64,000 nt of DNA from positions 1 through 64,000 of the forward strand of contig JBQLZK010000036.1 in NCBI GenBank assembly GCA_052168235.1. The letters are read 5' to 3'. Positions 1 to 9,847 of this stretch are shown here, in pieces. The position numbers and the translations under genes were made by a program. The DNA is from Thainema sp. Lineage in GTDB: Bacteria > Cyanobacteriota > Cyanobacteriia > Phormidesmidales > Phormidesmidaceae. Position 1 is the stretch's first letter. Each line of letters opens with the position of its first letter. The notes beneath the pieces are model-generated. The model was not told the DNA's origin. It saw only the letters and a list, made by a program, of their open reading frames with translations, and made no database searches.

Positions 1-145
1 CTTCTTTGTTAAACAGGGCGCTGCAGCCGTTTCCAAACCCCTACAGGATTAGCCTGCGGGAGAAGGGGCTGGGGGATGAGGGCATCATAATGTCTACGCT
101 AAACACATACCTGCCGCACAACGATTCATTTACTAGGCCAATTCA

Positions 146-808
146 TTACCGCTTTCGGGCCAGCGTCACGCCATCGCCAATGGGGACTAGACTGAGCGAC
201 ACCCGCTGATCTTGGTGTAGTTTGGCGTTGAATGCCTGAATTGTACGGGTGCTGGGTGCGTCTGTCTGTGGATTGGCGACTCGGCCTGACCACAGCACGT
301 TGTCTACCGCGATCAGCCCACCGGGGCGAACTAGCTCTAGTGCCCGCTCGTAATAGGCTTCATAATTAATTTTGTCGGCATCGATAAAGGCAAAATCAAA
401 GGTGTTGGCCTTGCCCGCCGCCAGCAAATCTGCCAGCGTATCCAGGGCAGGCGCAATCCGCAGATCAATTTTGTCCGCCACGCCTGCCTGCTGCCAGTAG
501 CGCTGTGCGATCGCAGTATATTCTTCGCTCACGTCACAGGCGACCAGTTTGCCATCCGGCGGCAGCGCCAAAGCCACACTCAAGGCGCTGTAGCCCGTGA
601 ATACGCCAATTTCTAACGCCTGTTTGACACCCAGTAGCTCCACCAGCAGTCGCATAAACTGCCCTTGTTCCGGCGCAATTTGCATCTGCGCTCGCGGGTG
701 CTGGGCGGTTTCTTCGCGCAGTTGCCGCAGGAGTTCCGGTTCCCGCAGCGATACCGAAAGGAGATAGTCGTAGAGTTCAGGAGTGAGATTGAGGGTTTGG
801 TTGGTCAT
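146..808 (-). CDS. Class I SAM-dependent O-methyltransferase (caffeoyl-CoA OMT family)
   Basis: 220 aa; MQIAPEQGQF, LEIGVFTGYS SAM motif, FDFAFIDADK, VDNVLWSG. Confidence 0.92.
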   Translation of the reverse strand: MTNQTLNLTPELYDYLLSVSLREPELLRQLREETAQHPRAQMQIAPEQGQFMRLLVELLGVKQALEIGVFTGYSALSVALALPPDGKLVACDVSEEYTAIAQRYWQQAGVADKIDLRIAPALDTLADLLAAGKANTFDFAFIDADKINYEAYYERALELVRPGGLIAVDNVLWSGRVANPQTDAPSTRTIQAFNAKLHQDQRVSLSLVPIGDGVTLARKR

Positions 809-867
809 GGGTGATCGGGTGGATGGGTGATCGGGTGGATGAGTAGATGGGTGATCGGGTGGATGAG
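809..867. repeat. Short tandem 8-mer repeat tract (GGGTGATC/GGGTGGAT)
   Basis: Units read directly, immediately upstream of the OMT start codon. Confidence 0.8.
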
Positions 868-971
868 AGTCACGGAAAAGAGGAGTTGGAAAAGCTCAAA
901 GTTTTGAGAATTGAGACCTAGTCACGGGAAAGAGGAGTTAGAAAAGCTCAAAGTTTTGAGAATTGAGACCT
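868..971. repeat. 52-bp tandem duplication spanning the hydrolase stop codon
   Basis: 868-919 and 920-971 are identical except for 2 substitutions. Confidence 0.9.
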
Positions 972-2063
972 AGATTGGTTAGATACCTGGAGATGAGGAA
1001 GGACATCTAGCAAATCTGGAGACACTCGATCAGCCAGGTTGAGGGATTCGATAATCTCGGTGATTTCATCGGCTTGGGTTTGAGATTCTGCCACAGGTAA
1101 ATCATCTTCTGCATTGAGTTCGGGTTCGGGTTGAGGTTGGAGAATGCGATCGCAGATCTGCTCCTGAATCGCTTCAATCTCGGCCCAGGTTAAATCACTT
1201 TCCACAAAAGCCCGCACCAGTTGAATCAGCTGAATTGTGTCGTCTGGGGCAAGGCCACCGATCATCAATTGGCGTGGCAAGTCGAGCATTGTCGAAACGC
1301 GGTGATACCAAGTTTTGGGCTGGCGCTTCACGACCTGTTGAAAGAGATCGGTCGTATCGGTCAGGTCTAAAGCCCGCTCGCTTTCGCTAGCCAGAATCAG
1401 CATCGGGGCAGCGGCCTGCTGCTGGCTGCGCTCTAGCACCCGCTGCCCCAGTTCTTGAATCACCTGAAGCGTAGGCAGCGTAAATCCGGGATAGAACGGC
1501 GTTTCAGCTTGTATCTTGTCGGACATGACTGAGGACATAGAGGCATCAATCCATGTGCAATAGTCGTCCTGCTGCTGCACAAAGAGATTAAGTACAGCCT
1601 GACTATTCGCCAAATAGGGCGCGAATAAAATTGTGCGGTGAATCGCCTTCGGCTGGTGCGTCGCCAGCCATGCCGCCAAGGTGCCGCCGCTGCCTACTCC
1701 GCCCACAATCACCTGCTGGCCCATTATTTGCGCTTGTCGCAGCCATGCGATCGCAAATCGCTGATAGGTTTCGGACTTGAGCGTGAGCGGTGGGGGTTGG
1801 TCTGCGTACCAACTCCCGGCGCGTCCATGTCCCGGCATTAGCGGCACCAGCACGTTATAGCCTGCCTGATACAGCGCTTGGCCGATGGTTTTGAATTCGT
1901 AAGGAGCTGCTGTCCAGCCGTGAAACAGCAGGCAAACTTTGGCAGTGGGACGGCTATGGAGAAAGAATTGCGAACGACTGTGCTCACTGCTAACGGGTAG
2001 CGCATCTTCGCGCGCCTTAATATTGCGTTTAAGAGCGGCTACAGTGGCGGCATAACTTGCCAT
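948..2063 (-). CDS. Alpha/beta hydrolase-fold protein (esterase-like, catalytic motifs look degenerate)
   Basis: LLFHGWTAAP, GYNVLVPLMPGHG, ILFAPYL motifs; start ATG 2063 or 2093; ORF extension to 2366 runs through a repeat. Confidence 0.8.
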   Translation of the reverse strand: MASYAATVAALKRNIKAREDALPVSSEHSRSQFFLHSRPTAKVCLLFHGWTAAPYEFKTIGQALYQAGYNVLVPLMPGHGRAGSWYADQPPPLTLKSETYQRFAIAWLRQAQIMGQQVIVGGVGSGGTLAAWLATHQPKAIHRTILFAPYLANSQAVLNLFVQQQDDYCTWIDASMSSVMSDKIQAETPFYPGFTLPTLQVIQELGQRVLERSQQQAAAPMLILASESERALDLTDTTDLFQQVVKRQPKTWYHRVSTMLDLPRQLMIGGLAPDDTIQLIQLVRAFVESDLTWAEIEAIQEQICDRILQPQPEPELNAEDDLPVAESQTQADEITEIIESLNLADRVSPDLLDVLPHLQVSNQSRSQFSKL

Positions 2064-2254
2064 AGGACGGTTCTCCTGACCCGGATCTCCCATGTTATAG
2101 CGCCAGCCATCAGGATGGCCGAGTATTAACACTCCTTCAGGGAATCTCCCCGTCTGTCCCCCCATCTCACTACAATTAAAACGAAAACTAAATTCAAAAG
2201 TTGTGATGTTAGGTGGTAGGAGCGCAGCTCCGTATGTGTTTAGCGCAGCAATAC

Positions 2255-2343
2255 GATCCCCCGCTGTCGCCGCCCCCTTGAAAAGGGGGCTATTCCAACT
2301 CTGGTCAAAGTTCCCCCTTTTTAAGGGGGATTTAGGGGGATCT
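2255..2343. repeat. Cyanobacterial short dispersed palindromic repeat (CCCCCTTTTTAAGGGGGATTTAGGGGGATC type)
   Basis: Two CCCCCTT-AAGGGGG hairpins within GATCCCCC...GGGGGATC ends. Confidence 0.75.
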
Positions 2344-2412
2344 ATGCAGAGTGTCGCGCTAAACAAGTACGCTGCTCCTCCTACCTAACATCAAGTCCGT
2401 GTGTAAGAACCC

Positions 2413-2465
2413 TGTTTATTTTTTGTGAAATGCTTGCATAGCAAGCATTTCACAAAAAATAAACA
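2413..2465. repeat. Long palindrome family P, copy 1
   Basis: Perfect 25-bp stem with 3-nt loop; related to 47639, 58880 and the half copy at 39559. Confidence 0.85.
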
Positions 2466-2547
2466 ATGGGTTTTTGGCCGGATTTCATATAACATCACAA
2501 CTTGAAGATAACGATTGATTTTTAAGGCTCCTCCGGAGGAACTCAGT

Positions 2548-3426
2548 TTGACTTTTTCAGCAGAAGATTTTGCCAAAGCGCTCGAAGAACAGAGCTTTGA
2601 TTTTCAGAAGGGAAGCACCGTGCGCGGTGTAGTCTATAGCCACGAATCAGAAGGCGCGTACGTTGACATCGGGGGCAAATCCGCTGCGTTTTTGCCCTTG
2701 CGAGAAGCGGCTGTCGAACAAATTACCGCTGCCGAAATGAAAGAGCGGCTTCCCCTGGGCGAGAAGCAGGAATTTATGGTGATTCGCGACCAAAACGATG
2801 AGGGTCAGGTCGTCGTCTCCATTCGGCGCATGGAAATCGAGCGCGTTTGGAAAACCCTCAAGGACATGGCCGACAACGACGAGTCGATCACCGTCAAAGT
2901 CACGGGTACGAACAAAGGCGGCGTTACGGTAGACGTAAAGGGACTGCGGGGCTTCATTCCGCGATCGCACTTGGTGGATTCGTCCGACATGGAATCGCTG
3001 ATCAAGGCAAAAATTACCGCCAGCTTTTTGGAAGTCGATCGAGATCGCAACCGGGTTGTGTTGTCTCAACGGGAAGCCGCCAAGACGGAAACCATGCGAG
3101 CCTTGGAAATTGGTCAGCTGGTCGAAGGCACGGTGGTCAACATCAAGCCCTACGGCGCATTTGTGGAATTTGGCGGTACGACAGGTTTACTGCACGTCAA
3201 CCAAATCAGCCGCAAGCGCGTCGAATCTGTCGCCAATCTGCTCACGATCGGGCAGGAAATTAGCGTCGTTGTGGTCGATGTCGATGAGCTAAAGGGTCGT
3301 ATTTCCCTCTCCACGCGAGTCCTGGAAAAACATCCCGGCGAAATCCTGGAAAATATGCAAACCGTGATGGACGAAGCCCCAGAGCGCGTCAAACAAATGG
3401 ACAGCGTTTTGGCCGATCGCGACTAA
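2548..3426 (+). CDS. S1 RNA-binding domain protein (cyanobacterial ribosomal protein S1 paralog, Rps1b-like)
   Basis: Three S1 domains (GAYVDIGGKS, GLRGFIPRSH, YGAFVEFGGTTGLLHV); GGAGGA RBS before TTG 2548. Confidence 0.9.
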   Translation: MTFSAEDFAKALEEQSFDFQKGSTVRGVVYSHESEGAYVDIGGKSAAFLPLREAAVEQITAAEMKERLPLGEKQEFMVIRDQNDEGQVVVSIRRMEIERVWKTLKDMADNDESITVKVTGTNKGGVTVDVKGLRGFIPRSHLVDSSDMESLIKAKITASFLEVDRDRNRVVLSQREAAKTETMRALEIGQLVEGTVVNIKPYGAFVEFGGTTGLLHVNQISRKRVESVANLLTIGQEISVVVVDVDELKGRISLSTRVLEKHPGEILENMQTVMDEAPERVKQMDSVLADRD

Positions 3427-3437
3427 CAGTACAAGAC

Positions 3438-3492
3438 CCAAAGAGCGGTTGAGCCAAACGTGCGCTGCGTGCCTGGCTCAACCGCTCTTTGG
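3438..3492. terminator. Inverted repeat between convergent genes, probable terminator
   Basis: 19-bp stem CCAAAGAGCGGTTGAGCCA/TGGCTCAACCGCTCTTTGG. Confidence 0.65.
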
Positions 3493-3511
3493 ACTAAGCC
3501 CCAGCAATTTC

Positions 3512-6500
3512 TTATTCTTGCTGTTTGACTAAACTCGCCACTGCCTCAACTAATGTGTTGGGGTCTACGGGCTTTGGCACATGCTTCTGGAAACCGGCTG
3601 CAACCACCCGCTCATAGTCTATTTCTGAGGCATAGGCGGTGAGGGCAATAGCCGGAATCTGGCCGCCCTGCTCAGGCGCTAAGGTGCGGATCTGCCGCAT
3701 CAGCATGTAGCCATCAATATCGGGCATACCAATATCGCTGACCAATACTTGGGGTTGGGTCTGTTGTAAAACCGTCAGTGCCTCGTTGGCAGACGAAACG
3801 GAGACAACACGGGCTCCAGCTTGTCTGAGGATAAACCTGGTAATATCGCGGGTGTCCGGCTCATCATCCACGACCAGAATACGGACATCCTGTAAATCCA
3901 GTAATGGCTTCTGCGAGCGACTTGCATGTCTAGCTGTTTGTTGCGCTGTCAGGGTCGGCAGGGTGACGACAAAGGTTGCGCCCATGTCCTTGCCAAGACT
4001 ATTCGCCTGGATCGTCCCACCATGCAGTTCCACCAAATGGCGCACAATCGCCAATCCTAAACCAAGGCCACCGAACTGACGCGTCGTGGCGCTATCAGCC
4101 TGACGAAAGTAATCAAAAATATAGGGCAGGAAGTCGGGTGTAATGCCTGTGCCCGTATCGCTGACGATAAGTTGAGCGTAGGCGGGCGGATGGGTCGGTG
4201 GGTTCTCTGCCACTCTGCCACTCTGCCATTGTCCGACATTCCCACGCTCTTCTCGACTAACCTGTTCCAACTTCACATCTACCTGACCACCATTCGGCGT
4301 GAACTTGACGGCATTAGAAAGGAGATTCCAAACAATTTGCTGTAGGCGCGTCGCATCACCCGATACTAGCCCCACGTCCCGATTGAGATTCAGGTTAATT
4401 TGAATCGATTTGGCTTCTGCCGCCAGGCGGACAGTTTCAGTGGCGGCTTGAATGGTGGCGGCTAGGTTAACTGGGCGGACGGTAATATCCAGCTTGCCCC
4501 GCAGCATGCGGGAAATGTCGAGCAGATCGTCGATTAGCTCGGTTTGCAGTTTGGCGTTGCGCTCAATTACGGCCAGCGCCTTTTGAGTCTTGGCCTCATC
4601 CAAAACGCCGTTTTTGAGTAAGGTTGACCAGCCCAGAATCGGGTTGAGGGGCGATCGCAACTCGTGGGAAACCACGGCTAAAAATTCATCTTTGGTGCGA
4701 TTGGCCGCTTCAGCCGCTTCTCGTGCCGCTTGTTCGCGCTCTAACAGTTGGCTGCGCTGCTGTTCCAGTTGCTTTTGCTCTTCGATGTCAGTGGCCGTGC
4801 CGAACCATTTGATGACTCGGCCCTGTTTATTCTTGAGCGGAACGGCCTGATGGAGGTGCCAGCGATAGCCACCACCCATCTGGCGCATGCGGCCCTCAGC
4901 TTGATAATCGGTGCCCGCTTGCTGCGCCATTGTCCATTTCTGGTTGAGAGTCGGAATATCCTCCGGATGCACCACGGCTTGCCAGCCGCCAATTTGCGCC
5001 TGTTCAAGCGACAGGCCCGTGAACTCCGTCCAGCGCTGGTTGACATCCAAGAGCCTGCCGCCTGCGTCAGCTGTCCACACCAGTTGCGGAATCGATTCAG
5101 CTAGATAGCGATAGCGTTCTTCGCTTTGGCGCAGAGCGGCTTCCGCCTGCTTGATCGCGCTAATGTCATTGACCAAGGCGACAAATCCTTCAACGGTTCC
5201 CTGGCTATCAAAGCGCGGCACGTAGGTGGCGTTGACGTGGCGAACGACACCGTCCTTGTACAGAGCCTGTCGTTCAAACGTCACTTGCTCTCCGGCCAAA
5301 ACCTGTTCCACATAGGGCCGAATTTCAGCATAGGTCGCTTCACCTACCACTTCCCGAATATGCTTTCCGTAGATGTCCCCTACTGTTGGCTGAGCAAACC
5401 ATTCTTCGTATCCCTGGTTGGTGAAGCGGTAGCGCTGGTCGGCATCAATAAATGAGATTAGAGCGGGCACCGAGTTGGTCACTAGGCGCAGTTCAGTTTC
5501 GCGCTGCCGCAGGGTTTCTTCGGCCCGTTTGCGATCGCTAATATCCATCACCGAGCCGATGTAGCCCCTAAATTGGCCATCCACACCAAACCAGGGGCTA
5601 GCGGCATCAATCGCCCAGCGATATTCTCCATCCTTGCGCCGCAGCCGATACTCAAACTGGAAGGCTTCCTGCCGCTGATTGGCCGCCATAAAGATGGTGC
5701 GAGTGATGTCTTGATCCTCTGGATGAACCGCATCTAACCAGCCGAATCCCAGCCCGGTTTCCTCGGTTTGACCAGAAAAGTCATACCAGGTTTGGCTGAG
5801 GTAGGTGCAATAGCCAGTCGGGTCAGACACCCAGACCATAACGGGGGCATTGTCAGCCATACAGCGGAACCGCTCCTCGCTCTCCCGGAGAGCTGCGTTT
5901 GCTTGCTTCTGCTCGGTCATATCGCGGGAAACCACAACCAGTTTGACCACCTGCTCGGTAGCATCGCGCAGGGGCGTAACGACCACATCCCACCATTTCG
6001 GTTCGCCGCTCAGCGTGGGGCAGTAGCCCTGCATTCGACCAACGTGACCCGCTTTGGCATCTGCGATCGCAACAATCGCCTGCTCTCGTTCGTCGTCCTG
6101 CCAAAAATCAATCCAGTTACGGTCGAGAACTGCAGCGGGATCATTCGCTTTAATCGTTAGCAGCCCACCCCGGTTCATGTAGAGAATTTGGCCCTCCAGC
6201 GTCAGCACTTTGATGCAGTCGTTACTGCTGTCGAGAATCCGCTGCGTCAATTCTTCGCTCTCTCGTAAGGCCGCCTCTGTGGATCGACGATCGGTGATAT
6301 CCAGCGCGGTACCCCAAAGCTCGACCGCTTGCCGCTGGTTGCCCCCTCCCGTAAAGATAGTCTGTCCGTTAGCAGCGATCCAGCGCTCAGTACCGTCATC
6401 CCAGATAATCCGGTAGTCAATTTCATAGGTGCCGGATGAGGTTGGATCAAGAGCGGCGCTGATCCTACTCGCCACCCAGTCCCGATCCTCTGGGTGAATC

Positions 6501-9133
6501 CGCTCGATGGCCTGAGTAAGCGGCAACTGTACTGCATCCGCTGACTCACCCCAAATACCACGCATGCGCACATCGAACTCCACTAGAGCCGTTGCAGGGT
6601 CATAACGCCAGGTTCCCAACTGGGCAATTTGCAGAGCCAGTTGCGATCGCTCTTCGCTGCGGTGCAGAGTAGCGTCAGCCTCTTGCCGCAACTGCACTAG
6701 CTTCAGTACCGCCTCAACCCGAGCCAGCAGCTCACGGGCAGAGAAAGGCTTCACAAGATAATCATCGGCTCCTGCTGCCAAGCCTTCAATTCGAGACTCT
6801 TCACCAGCCCGTGCCGACAGCAGGATCACAGGTAAGCCTTGGGTCTGCGGATCGGTACGCAACTGCTGCAGCAACTCAAAACCATCCAGTTCCGGCATCA
6901 TGACGTCACTCAGCACCAGATCGGGCCGTTCTTGACGAATTGCCGCTACTGCTGCTCGACCATCCCTGACCGCCTCTACCTCATACTGGGGGCTCAACAA
7001 CCGCTTTACGTAGTCGAGCATATCGGTATTGTCGTCAGCCAGCAGGATTTTAGGTCGATGGGTGGATGGGTCGATGGGTGAATGGGTGGATGGGTCGATG
7101 GGTGAATGGATAGATGGATGGGTGGGTTGGTGAGTCGGTGAGTTCTCTGCCTCTCTGCCACTCTGCCACTCTCCTCCTCCCTCACCCGCTCCTGGTAACC
7201 AGCGCAAGGCTTCTTCCACATAGGGTATTGCTCCCGTTGCGGTTGAGGTCAGCGTCCGATCGGCATTAATGCGATCGCAGGGCAAATGGGCCGACCCCAT
7301 CGGAATCGCAGCGGTGAACCTCGTTCCCTGGTCGATGACACTACTCACCTCAATCGTGCCACCATGCAGACGAACCAGCTCCTGCACCAAGGCCAGACCA
7401 ATGCCTGACCCCTCATAACTGCGGCCTCTTGCCCCCTTCACCCGATGAAATCGCTCAAAGATATGAGGCAGTTCTTCAACGGGAATTCCGGTGCCGTTGT
7501 CTTGGACGGTGAGGATGAAACGGGAATGGGGAGAGGGGGAGAGGGGGGGATGGGGAGATGAGTGATCGGACACGCCCCCTGGCTCCCTTACTCCCTTACT
7601 CCCCTGCTCCCACTCCCCCACTCCCAAACTCACCCGAATCTCTCCCTCAAACGTGAACTTAAACGCATTCGAGAGCAGATTGAGGACAATCTTTTCCCAC
7701 ATTTCCCGGTCTACGTAGGCGGGTTCATCTGAAGGCTGGCAATCAACCTGCAGGTTTAGGCCTGCCCGTTCAACTGCTGAGCGAAATACGCCAGCCAAAT
7801 CGGTCGTCAGGGCGGCCAGATTAGTTGGCTGATAGACAGCTTCGATACGTCCAGCTTCAATCCGCGAGAAGTCCAGCAGTGTGTTAACTAGCTTCAACAG
7901 GCGCAGGGCGTTGCGGTGGGCGAGGTGGAGTTGGTGTTGCAGGGCCGGCGGGTAGTTGAGTAGATGAGTGGACGGGTTCTCTCCCACTCCGTCACTCTCT
8001 AACACTCCTAAATCCGCGATCGCATCTTCCAACGGCCCCAACAACAGCGTCAGAGGCGTACGGAACTCATGGCTGACATTGCTGAAAAAGGTGGTCTTAG
8101 CTCGATCAAGTTCAGCGAGGGCCTCGGCCCGCTGCCGTTCTTCTTCATAGGCTTGCGCATTGGCAATACTGGCGGCAATTTGGTTGACCGTCAGTTCAAT
8201 GAAGCCGCGATAGTTATCGTCAAACAGTCGGAACGGGTTTAAACCGGCCACCAAGATGCCTGCTTTACCAGTGGGGCCAGCCGGGGCAATGGGTACCGCT
8301 ACGGCTTGATGGGGCGATCGCGGCCAAGCTCCCAGTGGCAGTTGCTGAAGCTGCGATTCCAAGTTAGGGATGATCCGAATTTGCTGGAATTGAAAGACTG
8401 TGGCAATAGGCCACACCGATTCGTCATCAAACGAAATGGTCGCGGGAGCTAGGGCATGACCTCGCTCAAGACCACTAATTCCGGCTAAAACAGCGCGCTG
8501 CTGGTCAGGATCAACCAGGTAAATCATCGCAAACGGGAAATCGTAGGGGTTAGTGCCCAGACAGGTGGCGCTGAGGGTACAGGCATCATCAAACGTACGA
8601 GCATCTGCGGTTTTGGCCGCCAGAACTCGCAGCAGCGTCAACTGGCGCTCATCAATAATGTACTGAGTATCGTCTGTGTTAGCGCAGAGAATACCGCTTG
8701 TCTGGCCCCGATCGTCAGGGACTGGGCTGTAGGAGAAAGTGTAGTAGGTCTCTTCCGGGTAGCCGTTGCGCTCCATCACGAGCAGCAGCGCTTCGTCGTA
8801 GGTGCCTTCATTCTTGAGCAGGGCTGATTCGGCACGGGGGCCAATTTGATCCCAAATTTCATGCCATACAACGGCAGCAGGTTGTCCAAGAGCCTGCGGG
8901 TGTTTGCCGCCCAGAATGTCACGATAAGCGTCGTTGTAGAGATTGATCAGTTCTGGCCCCCACCAAACAAACATGGGCTGGCGGGAGGTCAGCATAATTC
9001 GAACAGCGGTTTTGAGGCTTTGAGACCACTGCTCAACCTTCCCTAAGGACGTTTGCGACCAGTCCTGCGATCGCATTAATTCTCCCATCTTGCCGCCGCC
9101 AACAAAGATGTCTCGGGCATCTGTTGCCTTCAT
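3512..9133 (-). CDS. Double hybrid sensor histidine kinase (PAS-GAF-HisKA-HATPase-REC-multiple PAS-HisKA-HATPase-REC)
   Basis: Two H-boxes (SHEFRTPL, SHELRSPL), two N/G box sets, two receivers (LSDVMMP, VSDIGMP), about 5 central PAS/PAC repeats. Confidence 0.93.
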   Translation of the reverse strand: MKATDARDIFVGGGKMGELMRSQDWSQTSLGKVEQWSQSLKTAVRIMLTSRQPMFVWWGPELINLYNDAYRDILGGKHPQALGQPAAVVWHEIWDQIGPRAESALLKNEGTYDEALLLVMERNGYPEETYYTFSYSPVPDDRGQTSGILCANTDDTQYIIDERQLTLLRVLAAKTADARTFDDACTLSATCLGTNPYDFPFAMIYLVDPDQQRAVLAGISGLERGHALAPATISFDDESVWPIATVFQFQQIRIIPNLESQLQQLPLGAWPRSPHQAVAVPIAPAGPTGKAGILVAGLNPFRLFDDNYRGFIELTVNQIAASIANAQAYEEERQRAEALAELDRAKTTFFSNVSHEFRTPLTLLLGPLEDAIADLGVLESDGVGENPSTHLLNYPPALQHQLHLAHRNALRLLKLVNTLLDFSRIEAGRIEAVYQPTNLAALTTDLAGVFRSAVERAGLNLQVDCQPSDEPAYVDREMWEKIVLNLLSNAFKFTFEGEIRVSLGVGEWEQGSKGVREPGGVSDHSSPHPPLSPSPHSRFILTVQDNGTGIPVEELPHIFERFHRVKGARGRSYEGSGIGLALVQELVRLHGGTIEVSSVIDQGTRFTAAIPMGSAHLPCDRINADRTLTSTATGAIPYVEEALRWLPGAGEGGGEWQSGREAENSPTHQPTHPSIHSPIDPSTHSPIDPSTHRPKILLADDNTDMLDYVKRLLSPQYEVEAVRDGRAAVAAIRQERPDLVLSDVMMPELDGFELLQQLRTDPQTQGLPVILLSARAGEESRIEGLAAGADDYLVKPFSARELLARVEAVLKLVQLRQEADATLHRSEERSQLALQIAQLGTWRYDPATALVEFDVRMRGIWGESADAVQLPLTQAIERIHPEDRDWVASRISAALDPTSSGTYEIDYRIIWDDGTERWIAANGQTIFTGGGNQRQAVELWGTALDITDRRSTEAALRESEELTQRILDSSNDCIKVLTLEGQILYMNRGGLLTIKANDPAAVLDRNWIDFWQDDEREQAIVAIADAKAGHVGRMQGYCPTLSGEPKWWDVVVTPLRDATEQVVKLVVVSRDMTEQKQANAALRESEERFRCMADNAPVMVWVSDPTGYCTYLSQTWYDFSGQTEETGLGFGWLDAVHPEDQDITRTIFMAANQRQEAFQFEYRLRRKDGEYRWAIDAASPWFGVDGQFRGYIGSVMDISDRKRAEETLRQRETELRLVTNSVPALISFIDADQRYRFTNQGYEEWFAQPTVGDIYGKHIREVVGEATYAEIRPYVEQVLAGEQVTFERQALYKDGVVRHVNATYVPRFDSQGTVEGFVALVNDISAIKQAEAALRQSEERYRYLAESIPQLVWTADAGGRLLDVNQRWTEFTGLSLEQAQIGGWQAVVHPEDIPTLNQKWTMAQQAGTDYQAEGRMRQMGGGYRWHLHQAVPLKNKQGRVIKWFGTATDIEEQKQLEQQRSQLLEREQAAREAAEAANRTKDEFLAVVSHELRSPLNPILGWSTLLKNGVLDEAKTQKALAVIERNAKLQTELIDDLLDISRMLRGKLDITVRPVNLAATIQAATETVRLAAEAKSIQINLNLNRDVGLVSGDATRLQQIVWNLLSNAVKFTPNGGQVDVKLEQVSREERGNVGQWQSGRVAENPPTHPPAYAQLIVSDTGTGITPDFLPYIFDYFRQADSATTRQFGGLGLGLAIVRHLVELHGGTIQANSLGKDMGATFVVTLPTLTAQQTARHASRSQKPLLDLQDVRILVVDDEPDTRDITRFILRQAGARVVSVSSANEALTVLQQTQPQVLVSDIGMPDIDGYMLMRQIRTLAPEQGGQIPAIALTAYASEIDYERVVAAGFQKHVPKPVDPNTLVEAVASLVKQQE

Positions 9134-9250
9134 GTCCTAAATTACGGTCTCCATCTTGCAATCTGCGGGTAATACATTGTGGTTGTCTGGACAAACGCCC
9201 ACACAACCACAACGGATCGTCTTAAATACCGCCAAGACCCGGCCTTGAGA

Positions 9251-9496
9251 CTACTTTTGAAAGTATTGAGCGAGCAGAGCTTGACCTTGTTGGCGTACGG
9301 TCGCTTTCGATGAGTGGCTCATCTGATGCAGCAATGTTTCAATCTGCTTTAATGCCAAAGCGGATGGTACGGTGTGACCGTTTTCCCAGCGGTTGACAGT
9401 ACGGAATGAAACGCCCAGTTTAGCAGCGAACTTTTCCTGGGATAAACCAAGTTGTTGCCGAAGTTGGCGGATTGAATGAGCAATTTCCAACGGCAT
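9251..9496 (-). CDS. XRE-family helix-turn-helix regulator
   Basis: IRQLRQQLGLSQEKFAAKLGVSFRTVNRWENG. Confidence 0.9.
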   Translation of the reverse strand: MPLEIAHSIRQLRQQLGLSQEKFAAKLGVSFRTVNRWENGHTVPSALALKQIETLLHQMSHSSKATVRQQGQALLAQYFQK

Positions 9497-9847
9497 AATC
9501 GATGACCCTGCTAAAAACTTTTTTTAATCCTTTTCTTTGTAAGTTGATGACGACTAAATCCACTCGTAAAGATCAACTTCAGTCTTAGGTCAGAAGTACG
9601 CACAGCGAACTTTCCACCCAGATCATGTTGATACTTGACAGCCAGATTCAGTATGGGGCTGCATGGTTGTAGCGATAACTCAACACGGCATTAAGTCCGA
9701 TTAGAATAAGACAGGTGCCCTATGGTTCGTCTCCATCTTGAGAGCGAAATTTGTCGAAATTCACTATCTTTAAAACTTGGCATGAAGGGGCTGCGAGTTA
9801 GTTCTGAAACCAACTTCTTTGGAACGAGCAGCGACAGGAAAACAAGC

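Noticed and set aside
2094..2366. N-terminal extension of the hydrolase ORF
   Set aside because: Reads through a dispersed palindromic repeat; family similarity begins near ATG 2093/2063
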